Part shown: in pieces, positions 1 through 7,817 of the stretch
Numbering within the stretch: position 1 is the first letter of the stretch
How the letters are laid out: every line of letters starts with the position of its first letter
Origin: a virus
Length of the DNA: 38,286 nucleotides
Direction: 5' to 3' (one strand)
Virus record (IMG/VR): IMGVR_UViG_3300045988_086281
Made by a program: the position numbers and the translations under genes
Notes under the pieces: model-generated
What the model was told of the DNA's origin: nothing
Databases searched by the model: none
What the model saw: only the letters and a program-made list of their open reading frames with translations

Positions 1-120
1 TCCTGTGTTGTAGTTTCCTGTGTTTCTGTTTCCTGTGTTTCTGTTTCCTGTGTTGCTGTCTCCTGTGTTGTAGTATCCTGTGTTTCTGTTTCCTGTGTTG
101 AACAATCCAGTATTTCCAGA
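1..120 (-). repeat. 15-bp tandem repeat (tcctgtgtt + 6 variable nt), 8 units; coding, one pentapeptide per unit
   Basis: Units read directly at 1, 16, 31, 46, 61, 76, 91 and 106. Each is in frame and encodes xxNTG. Confidence 0.95.
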
Positions 121-420
121 ATGTAATCCTTTTAAATAATCAAGCTCTTCTCCAGTTATCTCTCTTACAATCTTGATATGGTTACTACCAAACTTTTTAT
201 AATTATTATCGTGGATTTCTTCTCCCAAAACTTCAATTTCGCAGTAACGATTATTACTAGTAACAGGATAAAAATCATGTACATTACGTAACGTGTCACA
301 ATAATGAAAAACTTTATCACTACAAAGTTCTAGTTTTTTTGAATCAATCTTATACTCTTTACCAATCTCAAATTGAAAACCTCTACAACGTAAGTTTTTA
401 TCAAATCCTTTAATTTTCAT
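1..420 (-). CDS. Pentapeptide-repeat protein, N-terminal part (the gene wraps around the window ends and continues at 38231 down to 37641)
   Basis: ATG at 418-420 preceded by AAAGGAA. Translation MKIKGFDKNLRCRGFQFEIGKEYK...HYCD..., then SGNTG LFNTG NRNTG YYNTG DSNTG repeats running off base 1. The frame is continuous with 37641..38286 once the 55-bp overlap is removed. Confidence 0.8.
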   Translation of the reverse strand, partial: MKIKGFDKNLRCRGFQFEIGKEYKIDSKKLELCSDKVFHYCDTLRNVHDFYPVTSNNRYCEIEVLGEEIHDNNYKKFGSNHIKIVREITGEELDYLKGLHSGNTGLFNTGNRNTGYYNTGDSNTGNRNTGNRNTGNYNTG

Positions 421-488
421 TTAGATCATTCCTTTCAAATTTATTTTCTTATCTTCCGTACTTTCATGTTTTATCCGATATGTACTAT

Positions 489-719
489 CTATTTTGTCCA
501 ATTCCAAATAACAAACTCGTCATTTACTACCGTTACGTATTTATTAAATACTTCTTTTGATAAATGGCGTTTCCAGATACCTAAAGGAACATTTGTGATA
601 GCCTGTACTGTATATTCTGGAGCACCAAAGTACCATGATTTTTTTCTGGCATACTCTGGCATTTTTGCGTGTGCTATAGCAGCTTTACGAATAACATCTA
701 AAACTTCATAATATGTCAT
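489..719 (-). CDS. Hypothetical protein (76 aa, MTYYEVLDVIRK...)
   Basis: I shortened the tracked ORF to the ATG at 717-719, which has a GGAGA RBS and directly abuts the stop of the upstream gene at 721-723. Confidence 0.55.
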   Translation of the reverse strand: MTYYEVLDVIRKAAIAHAKMPEYARKKSWYFGAPEYTVQAITNVPLGIWKRHLSKEVFNKYVTVVNDEFVIWNWTK

Positions 720-720
720 A

Positions 721-1416
721 TTAATTCTCCTTTCCGAAATTATTTTCAAATAATTTTTGTTCATTTTCGTAACCTTTAGTATTTGCTGCAACTTCTACTA
801 CATCAACTTCTTCCACATATTTCACATTTTCTTCAACATACTCTTCAGCTTCTTCAAAGTCATCAGATGATTCTTCTACCTCATCTTCATATTCTGGATC
901 ACATTCATCACAAAAAGTCTCAATATCCGTATATACCATACATCCGCATGGTTTCTCATACAGGAATGTTTCGTCTTCTTCTTCACTTGGCATTTCTAAT
1001 ACTTCTTCACCAGTTTCAATATCCTCTTCGGATTCTTCGATGTAATCTGGATCACATTCTGGGCAATAGTTTCCTTCCACGCATCCACAATCTTTTATTT
1101 CATACTCTTCTGCATCATCAAATAACTCGTCATCTTCGGATTCTTCTTCTACTTCTTCCTCGTAAATCTCACCATCTTCGAATGGAATGAACTCTTCTGT
1201 TTCTTCAACATATTCTCTGTAGTCAAAATCAGTTTCATCATATGCGGTTTCTTCCGCTTCTTCTTCCTCTGTGATCTCAACCGTTGTGTAACATTCCTCG
1301 CCGTTTTCATCGTAATATAATTGTGGTTCCTCGGCTGCTAATACTGTTGTGTTCCCAGCTGTTAAAGTTAATACTGTTACCATTGCTACTATTTTTACTA
1401 AATTTGTTTTTCTCAT
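721..1416 (-). CDS. Secreted, extremely acidic (E/D-rich) protein with a duplicated CGC...CxEC-DP-[DE]-Y cysteine motif
   Basis: N-terminal Sec-type signal MRKTNLVKIVAMVTVLTLTAGNTTVLA|AEE. The remainder is dominated by Glu/Asp. Two motif copies: DCGCVEGNYCPECDPDY and PCGCMVYTDIETFCDECDPEY. Confidence 0.7.
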   Translation of the reverse strand: MRKTNLVKIVAMVTVLTLTAGNTTVLAAEEPQLYYDENGEECYTTVEITEEEEAEETAYDETDFDYREYVEETEEFIPFEDGEIYEEEVEEESEDDELFDDAEEYEIKDCGCVEGNYCPECDPDYIEESEEDIETGEEVLEMPSEEEDETFLYEKPCGCMVYTDIETFCDECDPEYEDEVEESSDDFEEAEEYVEENVKYVEEVDVVEVAANTKGYENEQKLFENNFGKEN

Positions 1417-1542
1417 AATTCATATCTCCTTTTTTAAACTCATATTTTTGATTTTAAGCTACTTTTCTGCCTTGCTCTAGGTAATATCATATGTACTTTT
1501 AAAACCTCTCTATTTCGATTCTGTGATGTTACACGATAGGTT

Positions 1543-2280
1543 CTAGCTGTTTACTTTCCCTGCCCATTGTTCCGCCATTGCTTTAGCTATTCCTGGAAAT
1601 GTCTTGCTTCTTACTTTTGCAGTTCTTGGATCATTCCATGATAGTATCTTCCCATTCTCGTCAGTAACATGCCATGCTGGACCTGAAAAAGATGTACTCT
1701 TATTCTTGTAATCGGCCTTTATAATATTTGGCTCAACAACTTCTGTTGGTTTTAGCAAAGGAAGTCCTTTAATCCACAAACATGTTTTTTTTCTTGCTTT
1801 ATCTCCATATTCGTATGGTTGAATATGTTGAGATGGCTTAATAGGTAAATTATATTTTTCTGATAAATCATAGAACCATTGATTAACATAATCTCCACTA
1901 ATTATATTTACTGGATTTTCTATTGATATTCTGTCGCAATCTGCTTCTAGAAACTTGCAAAAGAAATCTATAGCTTCTCTTTGCCTTCCATCTTTACGTT
2001 TCTTTTCAAAATGTCTTGCTCCACTTACTGCAAGATGTGTACATGGAGGAAATGCAATTAACATATCCCATTTACCATTGATATCATGATGTGAGCCATC
2101 CATTGTTTTAAAATTACAATTTCCATTTAACAGTGGTAACACATCCTGCATAATATGCCATTCTTCATGTCCTCCACTGCACTCTAAAATGTCACAACTA
2201 TAAGCTTCATGTCCTAATTTCCTTAACTCTATTGTTACTGCTTGGCTTTCTTCACATGCTACTAATATTTTCATTTTCAT
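1543..2280 (-). CDS. Putative DNA cytosine-C5 methyltransferase-like protein (atypical N-terminus)
   Basis: FPPCTHLAVSG (PC motif IV-like), SIENPVN (ENV motif VI-like), and a C-terminal KTFPGIAKAMAEQW (motif X-like). There is no canonical FxGxG motif I and no clear RBS. Confidence 0.5.
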   Translation of the reverse strand: MKMKILVACEESQAVTIELRKLGHEAYSCDILECSGGHEEWHIMQDVLPLLNGNCNFKTMDGSHHDINGKWDMLIAFPPCTHLAVSGARHFEKKRKDGRQREAIDFFCKFLEADCDRISIENPVNIISGDYVNQWFYDLSEKYNLPIKPSQHIQPYEYGDKARKKTCLWIKGLPLLKPTEVVEPNIIKADYKNKSTSFSGPAWHVTDENGKILSWNDPRTAKVRSKTFPGIAKAMAEQWAGKVNS

Positions 2281-2341
2281 TACTTAGAGTAAAGACATCT
2301 TTAGCGGTCGACCAAACCTCTTACTCCTTTCATGTTTTTTA

Positions 2342-2527
2342 TTATTTAATCTGTTCTAGCTGCCATCCATAAATGGGTATATAATCCTCATAGAATCCAT
2401 CAAACTGCACATTCAACGGTTTACGTCTAACATCACGAAAGAATGTCACGGCGTATAGATTATCTCGTTCGTCTGGTTCAACTCGTAGGATTTTACGTAC
2501 TGTGCAAGTTTCTCCAACTCCGATCAC
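2342..2527 (-). CDS. Hypothetical protein (61 aa, GTG start)
   Basis: Tracked ORF. The start codon is GTG, with GAGGA upstream. Confidence 0.4.
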   Translation of the reverse strand: MIGVGETCTVRKILRVEPDERDNLYAVTFFRDVRRKPLNVQFDGFYEDYIPIYGWQLEQIK

Positions 2528-2546
2528 TAAATCCTCTTCATAGGCA

Positions 2547-2696
2547 TTACTCCTTTCTATCTCTTATTGTTGAAACACAACCATTCACAACTTTAACTGG
2601 CAACACTACCTGTTCGATAAATCCATATTTGTAAGGTAGTAAATTCGGTTTATCATCTTTTGTAGACTTGTATGTAAGACCTTGTTTTGATTTCAT
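2547..2696 (-). CDS. Hypothetical small protein (49 aa, MKSKQGLTYKSTKDDK...)
   Basis: I translated this by hand. Its ATG overlaps the methyltransferase stop (TAATG coupling). It is below the size cutoff of the ORF track. Confidence 0.35.
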   Translation of the reverse strand: MKSKQGLTYKSTKDDKPNLLPYKYGFIEQVVLPVKVVNGCVSTIRDRKE

Positions 2697-3493
2697 TATT
2701 TTCCTCCTAACCAACTATCTATTGTTAATTGATTTGAAGAATAATTAAGCATTTCTTCTTTTGCTCTTTTGTAAAATTCCTTAGAAATTTCAAATCCATA
2801 TGAATTTCTATTTAATTCCATACAAGCTCTTAACGTTGAACCGCTTCCGGCGCAAGGATCAATTACTACATCTCCTTCATCTGTAAAAATTTCTACCAAT
2901 TTTTTAATCACATTCACTGGTTTTTGTGCTGGATGAATCTTCGGATATTCTTTTTGGCTATCTCTTTTCCATTCAAACCAATTAAATACCATATGGCCAT
3001 TATTTCTGAATTTAGGTAATTTGTTTCTGTAAAGAACTAATGCATATTCAGTAGCACCGCATACTCTCATGTTTGCTTTTAACACTTGAGGAGAATAGTT
3101 TTTGCAAAATATTAATGGAATGTTATGTTTGAATCCATACTTTTCAGCATATTTTATTACTGTCTGAATTTGTTCAAACGAACAAAATACAATCATACAT
3201 GGAGCATCTGAACTTTTCCCTCTACCATTACTTTTATCTGGTTCTTTTTTTAAAAGCCTATTACAAAAATGAAAATATTCGGCAATGTTAAAATTAAAGT
3301 CTGTATTAAATGCTGCTTTCTTAGCTAATTTACTTTCACCATTCTTGTTATCTCCTCCAACATACCACATTGGATTAGAACCATAAAAATTATTTCCAAT
3401 ATTGTACGGTATATCAGCTATTACTAATTGAGCTTTTGGTATACCATATCGCTTGAAGTTTTGAAAATTATCATTAAATAATTCTGTTTTCAT
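2696..3493 (-). CDS. DNA methyltransferase, N6-adenine/N4-cytosine (beta class, N6_N4_Mtase-like)
   Basis: The catalytic motif VIADIPYN (a DPPY variant) precedes the SAM motif VIDPCAGSGST. This is the beta-class motif order. Confidence 0.85.
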   Translation of the reverse strand: MKTELFNDNFQNFKRYGIPKAQLVIADIPYNIGNNFYGSNPMWYVGGDNKNGESKLAKKAAFNTDFNFNIAEYFHFCNRLLKKEPDKSNGRGKSSDAPCMIVFCSFEQIQTVIKYAEKYGFKHNIPLIFCKNYSPQVLKANMRVCGATEYALVLYRNKLPKFRNNGHMVFNWFEWKRDSQKEYPKIHPAQKPVNVIKKLVEIFTDEGDVVIDPCAGSGSTLRACMELNRNSYGFEISKEFYKRAKEEMLNYSSNQLTIDSWLGGK

Positions 3494-3496
3494 TTT

Positions 3497-3751
3497 TCAC
3501 GCTCCTAACCATTCATCAATACTAATCTGGTGTACATCCTTTACAATCGGCATCCACCACTTACCACAAAAACAATCTTCCAACAAGTCGTCGTTTCCAA
3601 TCCAACAAGGAATCCATCCTGTGTTATATTCGCTAAAATAATATGTGTGTTTGCTTTTGCATCCGTACTGATAACAGATTCCTACTTGTCGTTTTCTTGA
3701 CCTGTCCAAATTAGCGCAATTACTACAATTTTGTTTAAACGGTTCATCCAT
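3497..3751 (-). CDS. Cys-rich hypothetical protein (84 aa)
   Basis: Tracked ORF, tightly packed in the operon. Contains CSNC and other Cys pairs. Confidence 0.5.
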   Translation of the reverse strand: MDEPFKQNCSNCANLDRSRKRQVGICYQYGCKSKHTYYFSEYNTGWIPCWIGNDDLLEDCFCGKWWMPIVKDVHQISIDEWLGA

Positions 3752-3754
3752 GAC

Positions 3755-4042
3755 TTATGCCTTTCCGCTTCTTCTGTCATTAATCCGCCCAAGCTCTCTA
3801 TGTATCTTGTAGTTAATCGAAGCTTGTACATCTTCTTCGCAGTCCATTAAGTAAATAACATGATCTAGCAGCAACTTAACGTCTCCAATTTCTTCAAACA
3901 GATGTCGCTTTGTTACAGTTCCGCAACCGTAACGCTGGCATTTAGAAATAGCCTGGATTAACTCGGCTGATTCTTCGATTAGTTGTTTTAGTTGTTTCTC
4001 TAGCCCGTATGTATCTGCAATGTATTGATTGTTTTCGTTCAT
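3755..4042 (-). CDS. MazG-like nucleotide pyrophosphohydrolase
   Basis: LIEESAELIQA and LFEEIGDVKLLLDHV are the EExxE / EExxD helices typical of small phage MazG domains. Confidence 0.75.
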   Translation of the reverse strand: MNENNQYIADTYGLEKQLKQLIEESAELIQAISKCQRYGCGTVTKRHLFEEIGDVKLLLDHVIYLMDCEEDVQASINYKIHRELGRINDRRSGKA

Positions 4043-4131
4043 TTGTATTTACCCCCATTTCACATGATTTCTAAATTTAGTTGTGTACCTGTCCCACTCT
4101 TCTAGCAGCGTGTCATGAACTATATTGTCAT

Positions 4132-4320
4132 TTACCTTAACTGTTTGCTTTGGTTCGATTCTCTCAATGTAATACCGATTAAGGACCAACGTGTGTTTTT
4201 TGATACTTGATACACGTATTGATTTGCCATATTAAACAGTTTTGCTATTTGACTGATTATCATTGGTTCTGATCTGGTATTCTCTTTTGTATCAACCACT
4301 ACAAACTTGATATAGTCCAT
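4132..4320 (-). CDS. Hypothetical protein (62 aa)
   Basis: Tracked ORF, operon context only. Confidence 0.4.
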   Translation of the reverse strand: MDYIKFVVVDTKENTRSEPMIISQIAKLFNMANQYVYQVSKNTRWSLIGITLRESNQSKQLR

Positions 4321-4321
4321 T

Positions 4322-4681
4322 CTAATCCTCCTTAATTAGTCTGGCGTAATTCCAATCAACCAATCTTTTACTATTATTTGATGTGCCTTTAATCGGAAAG
4401 CAATAAATAATTCTATTGAAGAAAGTAGCAAAATTTCTTCTTTCCCATACTTCGCCATCATCACTAACCTCAATCAGTGTATCAATTTCTACATTACTCC
4501 AGTCAATTGGTTCGATGTATTCAGTAAAATTAGCAAATAGCAACAAATTATATCCTATTAGTGATGTCTCCCAATTCTTGTCTATTTTAGATTTATAATA
4601 TAAATATCTTTTATCATTTACTTTGTAGTAAAGTTCATCATATGTATAAATCTTCCCAGGTTCTAATTCAAATATTTTCAT
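4322..4681 (-). CDS. Hypothetical protein (119 aa)
   Basis: Tracked ORF that abuts both neighbours. Confidence 0.55.
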   Translation of the reverse strand: MKIFELEPGKIYTYDELYYKVNDKRYLYYKSKIDKNWETSLIGYNLLLFANFTEYIEPIDWSNVEIDTLIEVSDDGEVWERRNFATFFNRIIYCFPIKGTSNNSKRLVDWNYARLIKED

Positions 4682-4876
4682 TTAATCAACCTCTCTCTTT
4701 TTTAAATTCCACACATTCTTGTGCCTATGTCTTATTGCTCCACCCCTGGATATTACATCATTCTTTTGCCGGTTATATTCATTTGCTTTTCTACACTCAT
4801 TAGCATATTCTATGTACTCTTTGCAGTTAGCGTGGCAAGTTATATTTCTGTTTTGGCATTTGTAACACGGATTCAT
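4682..4876 (-). CDS. Cys-rich hypothetical protein (64 aa)
   Basis: MNPCYKCQNRNITCHANCKEY. Abuts the downstream gene. Confidence 0.5.
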   Translation of the reverse strand: MNPCYKCQNRNITCHANCKEYIEYANECRKANEYNRQKNDVISRGGAIRHRHKNVWNLKKREVD

Positions 4877-4894
4877 CCTATCACCTTCTTATCA

Positions 4895-5446
4895 TCATTC
4901 ACCTATTAGCTTTCTATCTGTAGTCCCGATTCCTTTTGCCACAAACATATCTAAAACGTCCTTTGGAATCTTGCTTTCTTCCTCTTCTTGCTTTTGTATT
5001 GCTCGGAATGTCCTCATAAAGTTAGATGCAATTACGTTCTGTATGGAATCTATATCCGTCTGCGCCCATTCTCGCAATATAGTCGGATTTCCAACAGCTC
5101 TTTGAATAGTATAATCCAGCTTGTTAAATTCTTTCTCTGAATTATAATTGCTATTGCAAATTGCCTTGTAAACTTTAGCCCAAGCTTCTTGCTCGGTCAT
5201 CTTTTTCTCTGATATTGCGATTTTCTTAATTGTGTTTAATCCATTGATTAGTTGGCCTATGCTTGGAGCAAAACCACCATTTTCAGATTTAATATAGCTC
5301 TTTAGTGATATTGCTATTTCTTGGTATGTATAATCGCTAAGCATATCCGTCCAAACATCAACCATAAACCCTAAGTCATTTGGCTTAAAATTTGGATATG
5401 TAGTTACGACTATCATCACAATCTTTTTGGCTTCTTCTCTGGTCAC
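4895..5446 (-). CDS. G39P-like replicative helicase loader/inhibitor family protein
   Basis: GTG start with a GGAGG RBS. The sequence VVTTYPNFKPNDLGFMVDVWTDMLSDYTYQEIAISLKSY...FAPSIGQLIN resembles the SPP1 G39P family. It lies directly downstream of the replisome organizer. Confidence 0.6.
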   Translation of the reverse strand: MTREEAKKIVMIVVTTYPNFKPNDLGFMVDVWTDMLSDYTYQEIAISLKSYIKSENGGFAPSIGQLINGLNTIKKIAISEKKMTEQEAWAKVYKAICNSNYNSEKEFNKLDYTIQRAVGNPTILREWAQTDIDSIQNVIASNFMRTFRAIQKQEEEESKIPKDVLDMFVAKGIGTTDRKLIGE

Positions 5447-5457
5447 TTAAACACCTC

Positions 5458-6207
5458 CTAAATATTATCCCAATCAATCTTAGGACCAAACCCTGTAATC
5501 TTATCGTCTTTAGTGGTATTGTTTTTAACCGGATAAATATCTTTCCAGTTATTAATGATCGATTGTTCCAGCATTGCTATAGCTTCATCATTAGGCAACT
5601 TATTGATCTTGTTAATCATCATCATAATTGCTCTTTCTGTCATAGCCCCATTTTTTAGTTTCTTTCTCATAGCAATAAAATCTAAAAAAGTTTTATTAAG
5701 AGTTTCATCATTCGGAAAATAACAAGCTGTTTGAGCGTTAGCGAGTGATTTTTTGCTCTCTTTTGACCTATCCTTACCTAACTCTATCCTATCCTTACCT
5801 ATACTATCCTTACCTAACCTAACCTGGGTATCCATTTGGTATACCACATGGTTGTCACTTGGTATACCAACGGTATACGAACCATTGTCTTTTTCTAGCA
5901 ATAATTGCTTTTCATCCTTGTAAACAGTCTCTTTGTATCTGTCATTTCTGATATAGTTATGTATTTTCCAATGCTTGATAACAACTATTCCACTATCAAA
6001 TGGAATAATAAAATTTTTAAGAGATAATAATCTTAAATCATCATCAGATGCGCCTATCATTCTTTGAATTTTTCTTGGATTATTAATAAACCCATCATCA
6101 TCTGCCCTCATACTTAAGTGAAAATAAAGTGATTGTGCGCTTAGTGGCATATCAAGAAATGCATCTGAATCTATGATTGTTTTAGCAAACATCCTTCGTT
6201 CGGCCAT
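5458..6207 (-). CDS. Phage replisome organizer (N-terminal Phage_rep_org_N-like domain, DnaD-like C-terminus)
   Basis: RMFAKTIIDSDAFLDMPLSAQSLYFHLSMRADDDGFINNPRKI...VVIKHWKIHNYIRNDRY is the characteristic N-terminal domain. Confidence 0.8.
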   Translation of the reverse strand: MAERRMFAKTIIDSDAFLDMPLSAQSLYFHLSMRADDDGFINNPRKIQRMIGASDDDLRLLSLKNFIIPFDSGIVVIKHWKIHNYIRNDRYKETVYKDEKQLLLEKDNGSYTVGIPSDNHVVYQMDTQVRLGKDSIGKDRIELGKDRSKESKKSLANAQTACYFPNDETLNKTFLDFIAMRKKLKNGAMTERAIMMMINKINKLPNDEAIAMLEQSIINNWKDIYPVKNNTTKDDKITGFGPKIDWDNI

Positions 6208-6219
6208 ATCGGTATCTCC

Positions 6220-6375
6220 TTACTTAATTCTCTGTAACTCACTAGCCGGATATCGTACAACGTTGCCTATCTTGATTGGAACTAGTATCCCTTTTTTCTT
6301 CCAGTTAATTAATGTATTTCTTGTTACTCCCAGTTTTTCCATAACATCCTGTACTGTGTAATACTCTTTTTCCAT
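6220..6375 (-). CDS. Excisionase/MerR-type HTH DNA-binding protein (51 aa)
   Basis: Hand translation MEKEYYTVQDVMEKLGVTRNTLINWKKKGILVPIKIGNVVRYPASELQRIK. AAGGAG RBS. First gene after the promoter region. Confidence 0.7.
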   Translation of the reverse strand: MEKEYYTVQDVMEKLGVTRNTLINWKKKGILVPIKIGNVVRYPASELQRIK

Positions 6376-6427
6376 GTTTTTCACTCCTTTTAATATGCTT
6401 TAATATCTCTTCGTTTTGTACAAGCTT

Positions 6428-6456
6428 ATTGTAGCTCTTTGTAATAGCTTTGTCAA
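6428..6456 (-). promoter_or_regulatory. Sigma-A-type promoter for the replication operon (TTGACA-17-TACAAT on the minus strand)
   Basis: tgtcaa at 6451-6456 and attgta at 6428-6433 on the plus strand, with a 17-bp spacer. Confidence 0.55.
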
Positions 6457-6471
6457 GCTTTTATAATAACA

Positions 6472-6500
6472 TTGACAAAAAAAATTTTTGCTTATATAAT
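6472..6500 (+). promoter_or_regulatory. Consensus sigma-A promoter (TTGACA-17-TATAAT) driving the plus-strand RHH gene
   Basis: TTGACA at 6472-6477 and TATAAT at 6495-6500, with an exact 17-bp spacer. Confidence 0.65.
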
Positions 6501-6522
6501 TCAATTACTGGAGGTGTAATAA

Positions 6523-6684
6523 TTGGGTGATATATCAGCAAATAATGAACGATTCGTAATTATAATTGATAAAGAAATTAAATCTAAGTTTTCACAAATA
6601 GCTAAAAACGAAGGTAGATCAGCAAGTAACCTGGCTGCCAAATTAATTAAAGATTATGTGGAACAAATCGAGGGCAAAAATTAA
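6523..6684 (+). CDS. Ribbon-helix-helix (CopG/Arc-like) DNA-binding protein (53 aa, TTG start)
   Basis: GGAGGTG RBS, then TTG. RFVIIIDKEIKSKFSQIAKNEGRSASNLAAKLIKDYV is a beta-strand/helix/helix RHH pattern. Confidence 0.65.
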   Translation: MGDISANNERFVIIIDKEIKSKFSQIAKNEGRSASNLAAKLIKDYVEQIEGKN

Positions 6685-6699
6685 ATGCCCTCTTTTTTT
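6670..6699 (+). terminator. Intrinsic terminator for the RHH gene
   Basis: Stem gagggca (6670-6676) pairs with tgccctc (6686-6692), followed by a T7 run at 6693-6699. It overlaps the 3' end of the convergent ERCC4 gene. Confidence 0.7.
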
Positions 6700-7202
6700 A
6701 AGTGTTCCTTTAACTCTCTTACAAGTATCTGCTCTATAATTTTTCCACTTACTTCCCATTCGCATAGGATTGGAATCATATTGTATCTTGGTATCCAAGC
6801 TATTATACTTGCAAATAAGGCCGCAGGATTATACTTACTGTCATAATGCCCCTCAATCAGATCCTTCCAAGTAGCCTTTTCGACTAGCAAATAAATCTTA
6901 CAGCCTTTCTCTTTTGCGCGTTCAAATTCAGCTATGAACCGTTTTCTTTGTGTTCCAAAGCACATACATAATTCTTCTAGATTCATTTTCCTCTCGATTA
7001 CTACGTTGGCAGCAAAGTCGCATTCTAAACCACCAGGTAGCGTATATCGGCAGGAATAATCTCCATAGGATAAAGTTGTGCGTTCAAAGCTATGTTTAAA
7101 TTGTCCAACTCGTTTATGGTACCGTGGACACGGCTGTTCTCTATTGTCCACGGTGATTACCATACTCTCTAGTATTTCGTCAATCTCTAAATCGTTTAAC
7201 AT
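6681..7202 (-). CDS. ERCC4 (XPF/Mus81)-type structure-specific nuclease
   Basis: YGDYSCRY followed by VVIERKMNLEEL matches the GDY...ERK catalytic signature. Confidence 0.7.
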   Translation of the reverse strand: MLNDLEIDEILESMVITVDNREQPCPRYHKRVGQFKHSFERTTLSYGDYSCRYTLPGGLECDFAANVVIERKMNLEELCMCFGTQRKRFIAEFERAKEKGCKIYLLVEKATWKDLIEGHYDSKYNPAALFASIIAWIPRYNMIPILCEWEVSGKIIEQILVRELKEHLKKEGI

Positions 7203-7212
7203 TGTCTACCTC

Positions 7213-7803
7213 CTAATTGAAAGGTAAATTTTCCGCGCTTAAATCAACATCCATCCATGTATCAATTGGCTTTGCGATATCTGGGCTGATATTTCTAACA
7301 ATTTCCTTATCCTCTGGCACTTTAAAACGGCCTTCTCTGATTGTATTAACAGATCTAAATCCCTTACACTTAGTAGACCATGCATAATCGCCATTGTTCT
7401 TTTGATATTCTTCACGGCCAAATACGCAGCCAATGCTTTTTCCAACGAAACTTTTAGCGAAATCATTCCCCCAAACAACATGCCATCCTACGTTTGATTC
7501 TGTTACATTCTCGATAAATGTCTTTAACTGGCGGTTTGTATTTCCGTCTTTATCCAGCACCATGATGTATGCAGTTCCACTAAATGGCCACTTCTTATCT
7601 TCTCTGGTATCATCGTTATATTCCTTTGTGAACCGCAGGCTTTCTGGGCCTTCTGCGATATCTACATACACCGTCAACATATCGTTGTTATTACGACTCT
7701 TTCCTTCCTTTACTCCCTTGATAATACAAACATATCCTCCTGGAGTTAATGGCTCAAAATCTGTCATTACCTTGGTTTCATCATATCCTTGTGGTTTTTG
7801 CAT
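7213..7803 (-). CDS. DUF669-family phage protein (recombination-module partner)
   Basis: N-terminal FEPLTPGGYVCIIKGVKE pattern. It sits after the AAA_24 ATPase. Confidence 0.6.
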   Translation of the reverse strand: MQKPQGYDETKVMTDFEPLTPGGYVCIIKGVKEGKSRNNNDMLTVYVDIAEGPESLRFTKEYNDDTREDKKWPFSGTAYIMVLDKDGNTNRQLKTFIENVTESNVGWHVVWGNDFAKSFVGKSIGCVFGREEYQKNNGDYAWSTKCKGFRSVNTIREGRFKVPEDKEIVRNISPDIAKPIDTWMDVDLSAENLPFN

Positions 7804-7817
7804 AGTGTTAATCCTCC

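Noticed and set aside
6173-6361. The tracked plus-strand 62-aa ORF.
   Set aside because: The opposite strand encodes a much better 51-aa HTH protein (6220-6375), with an AAGGAG RBS, in operon orientation.
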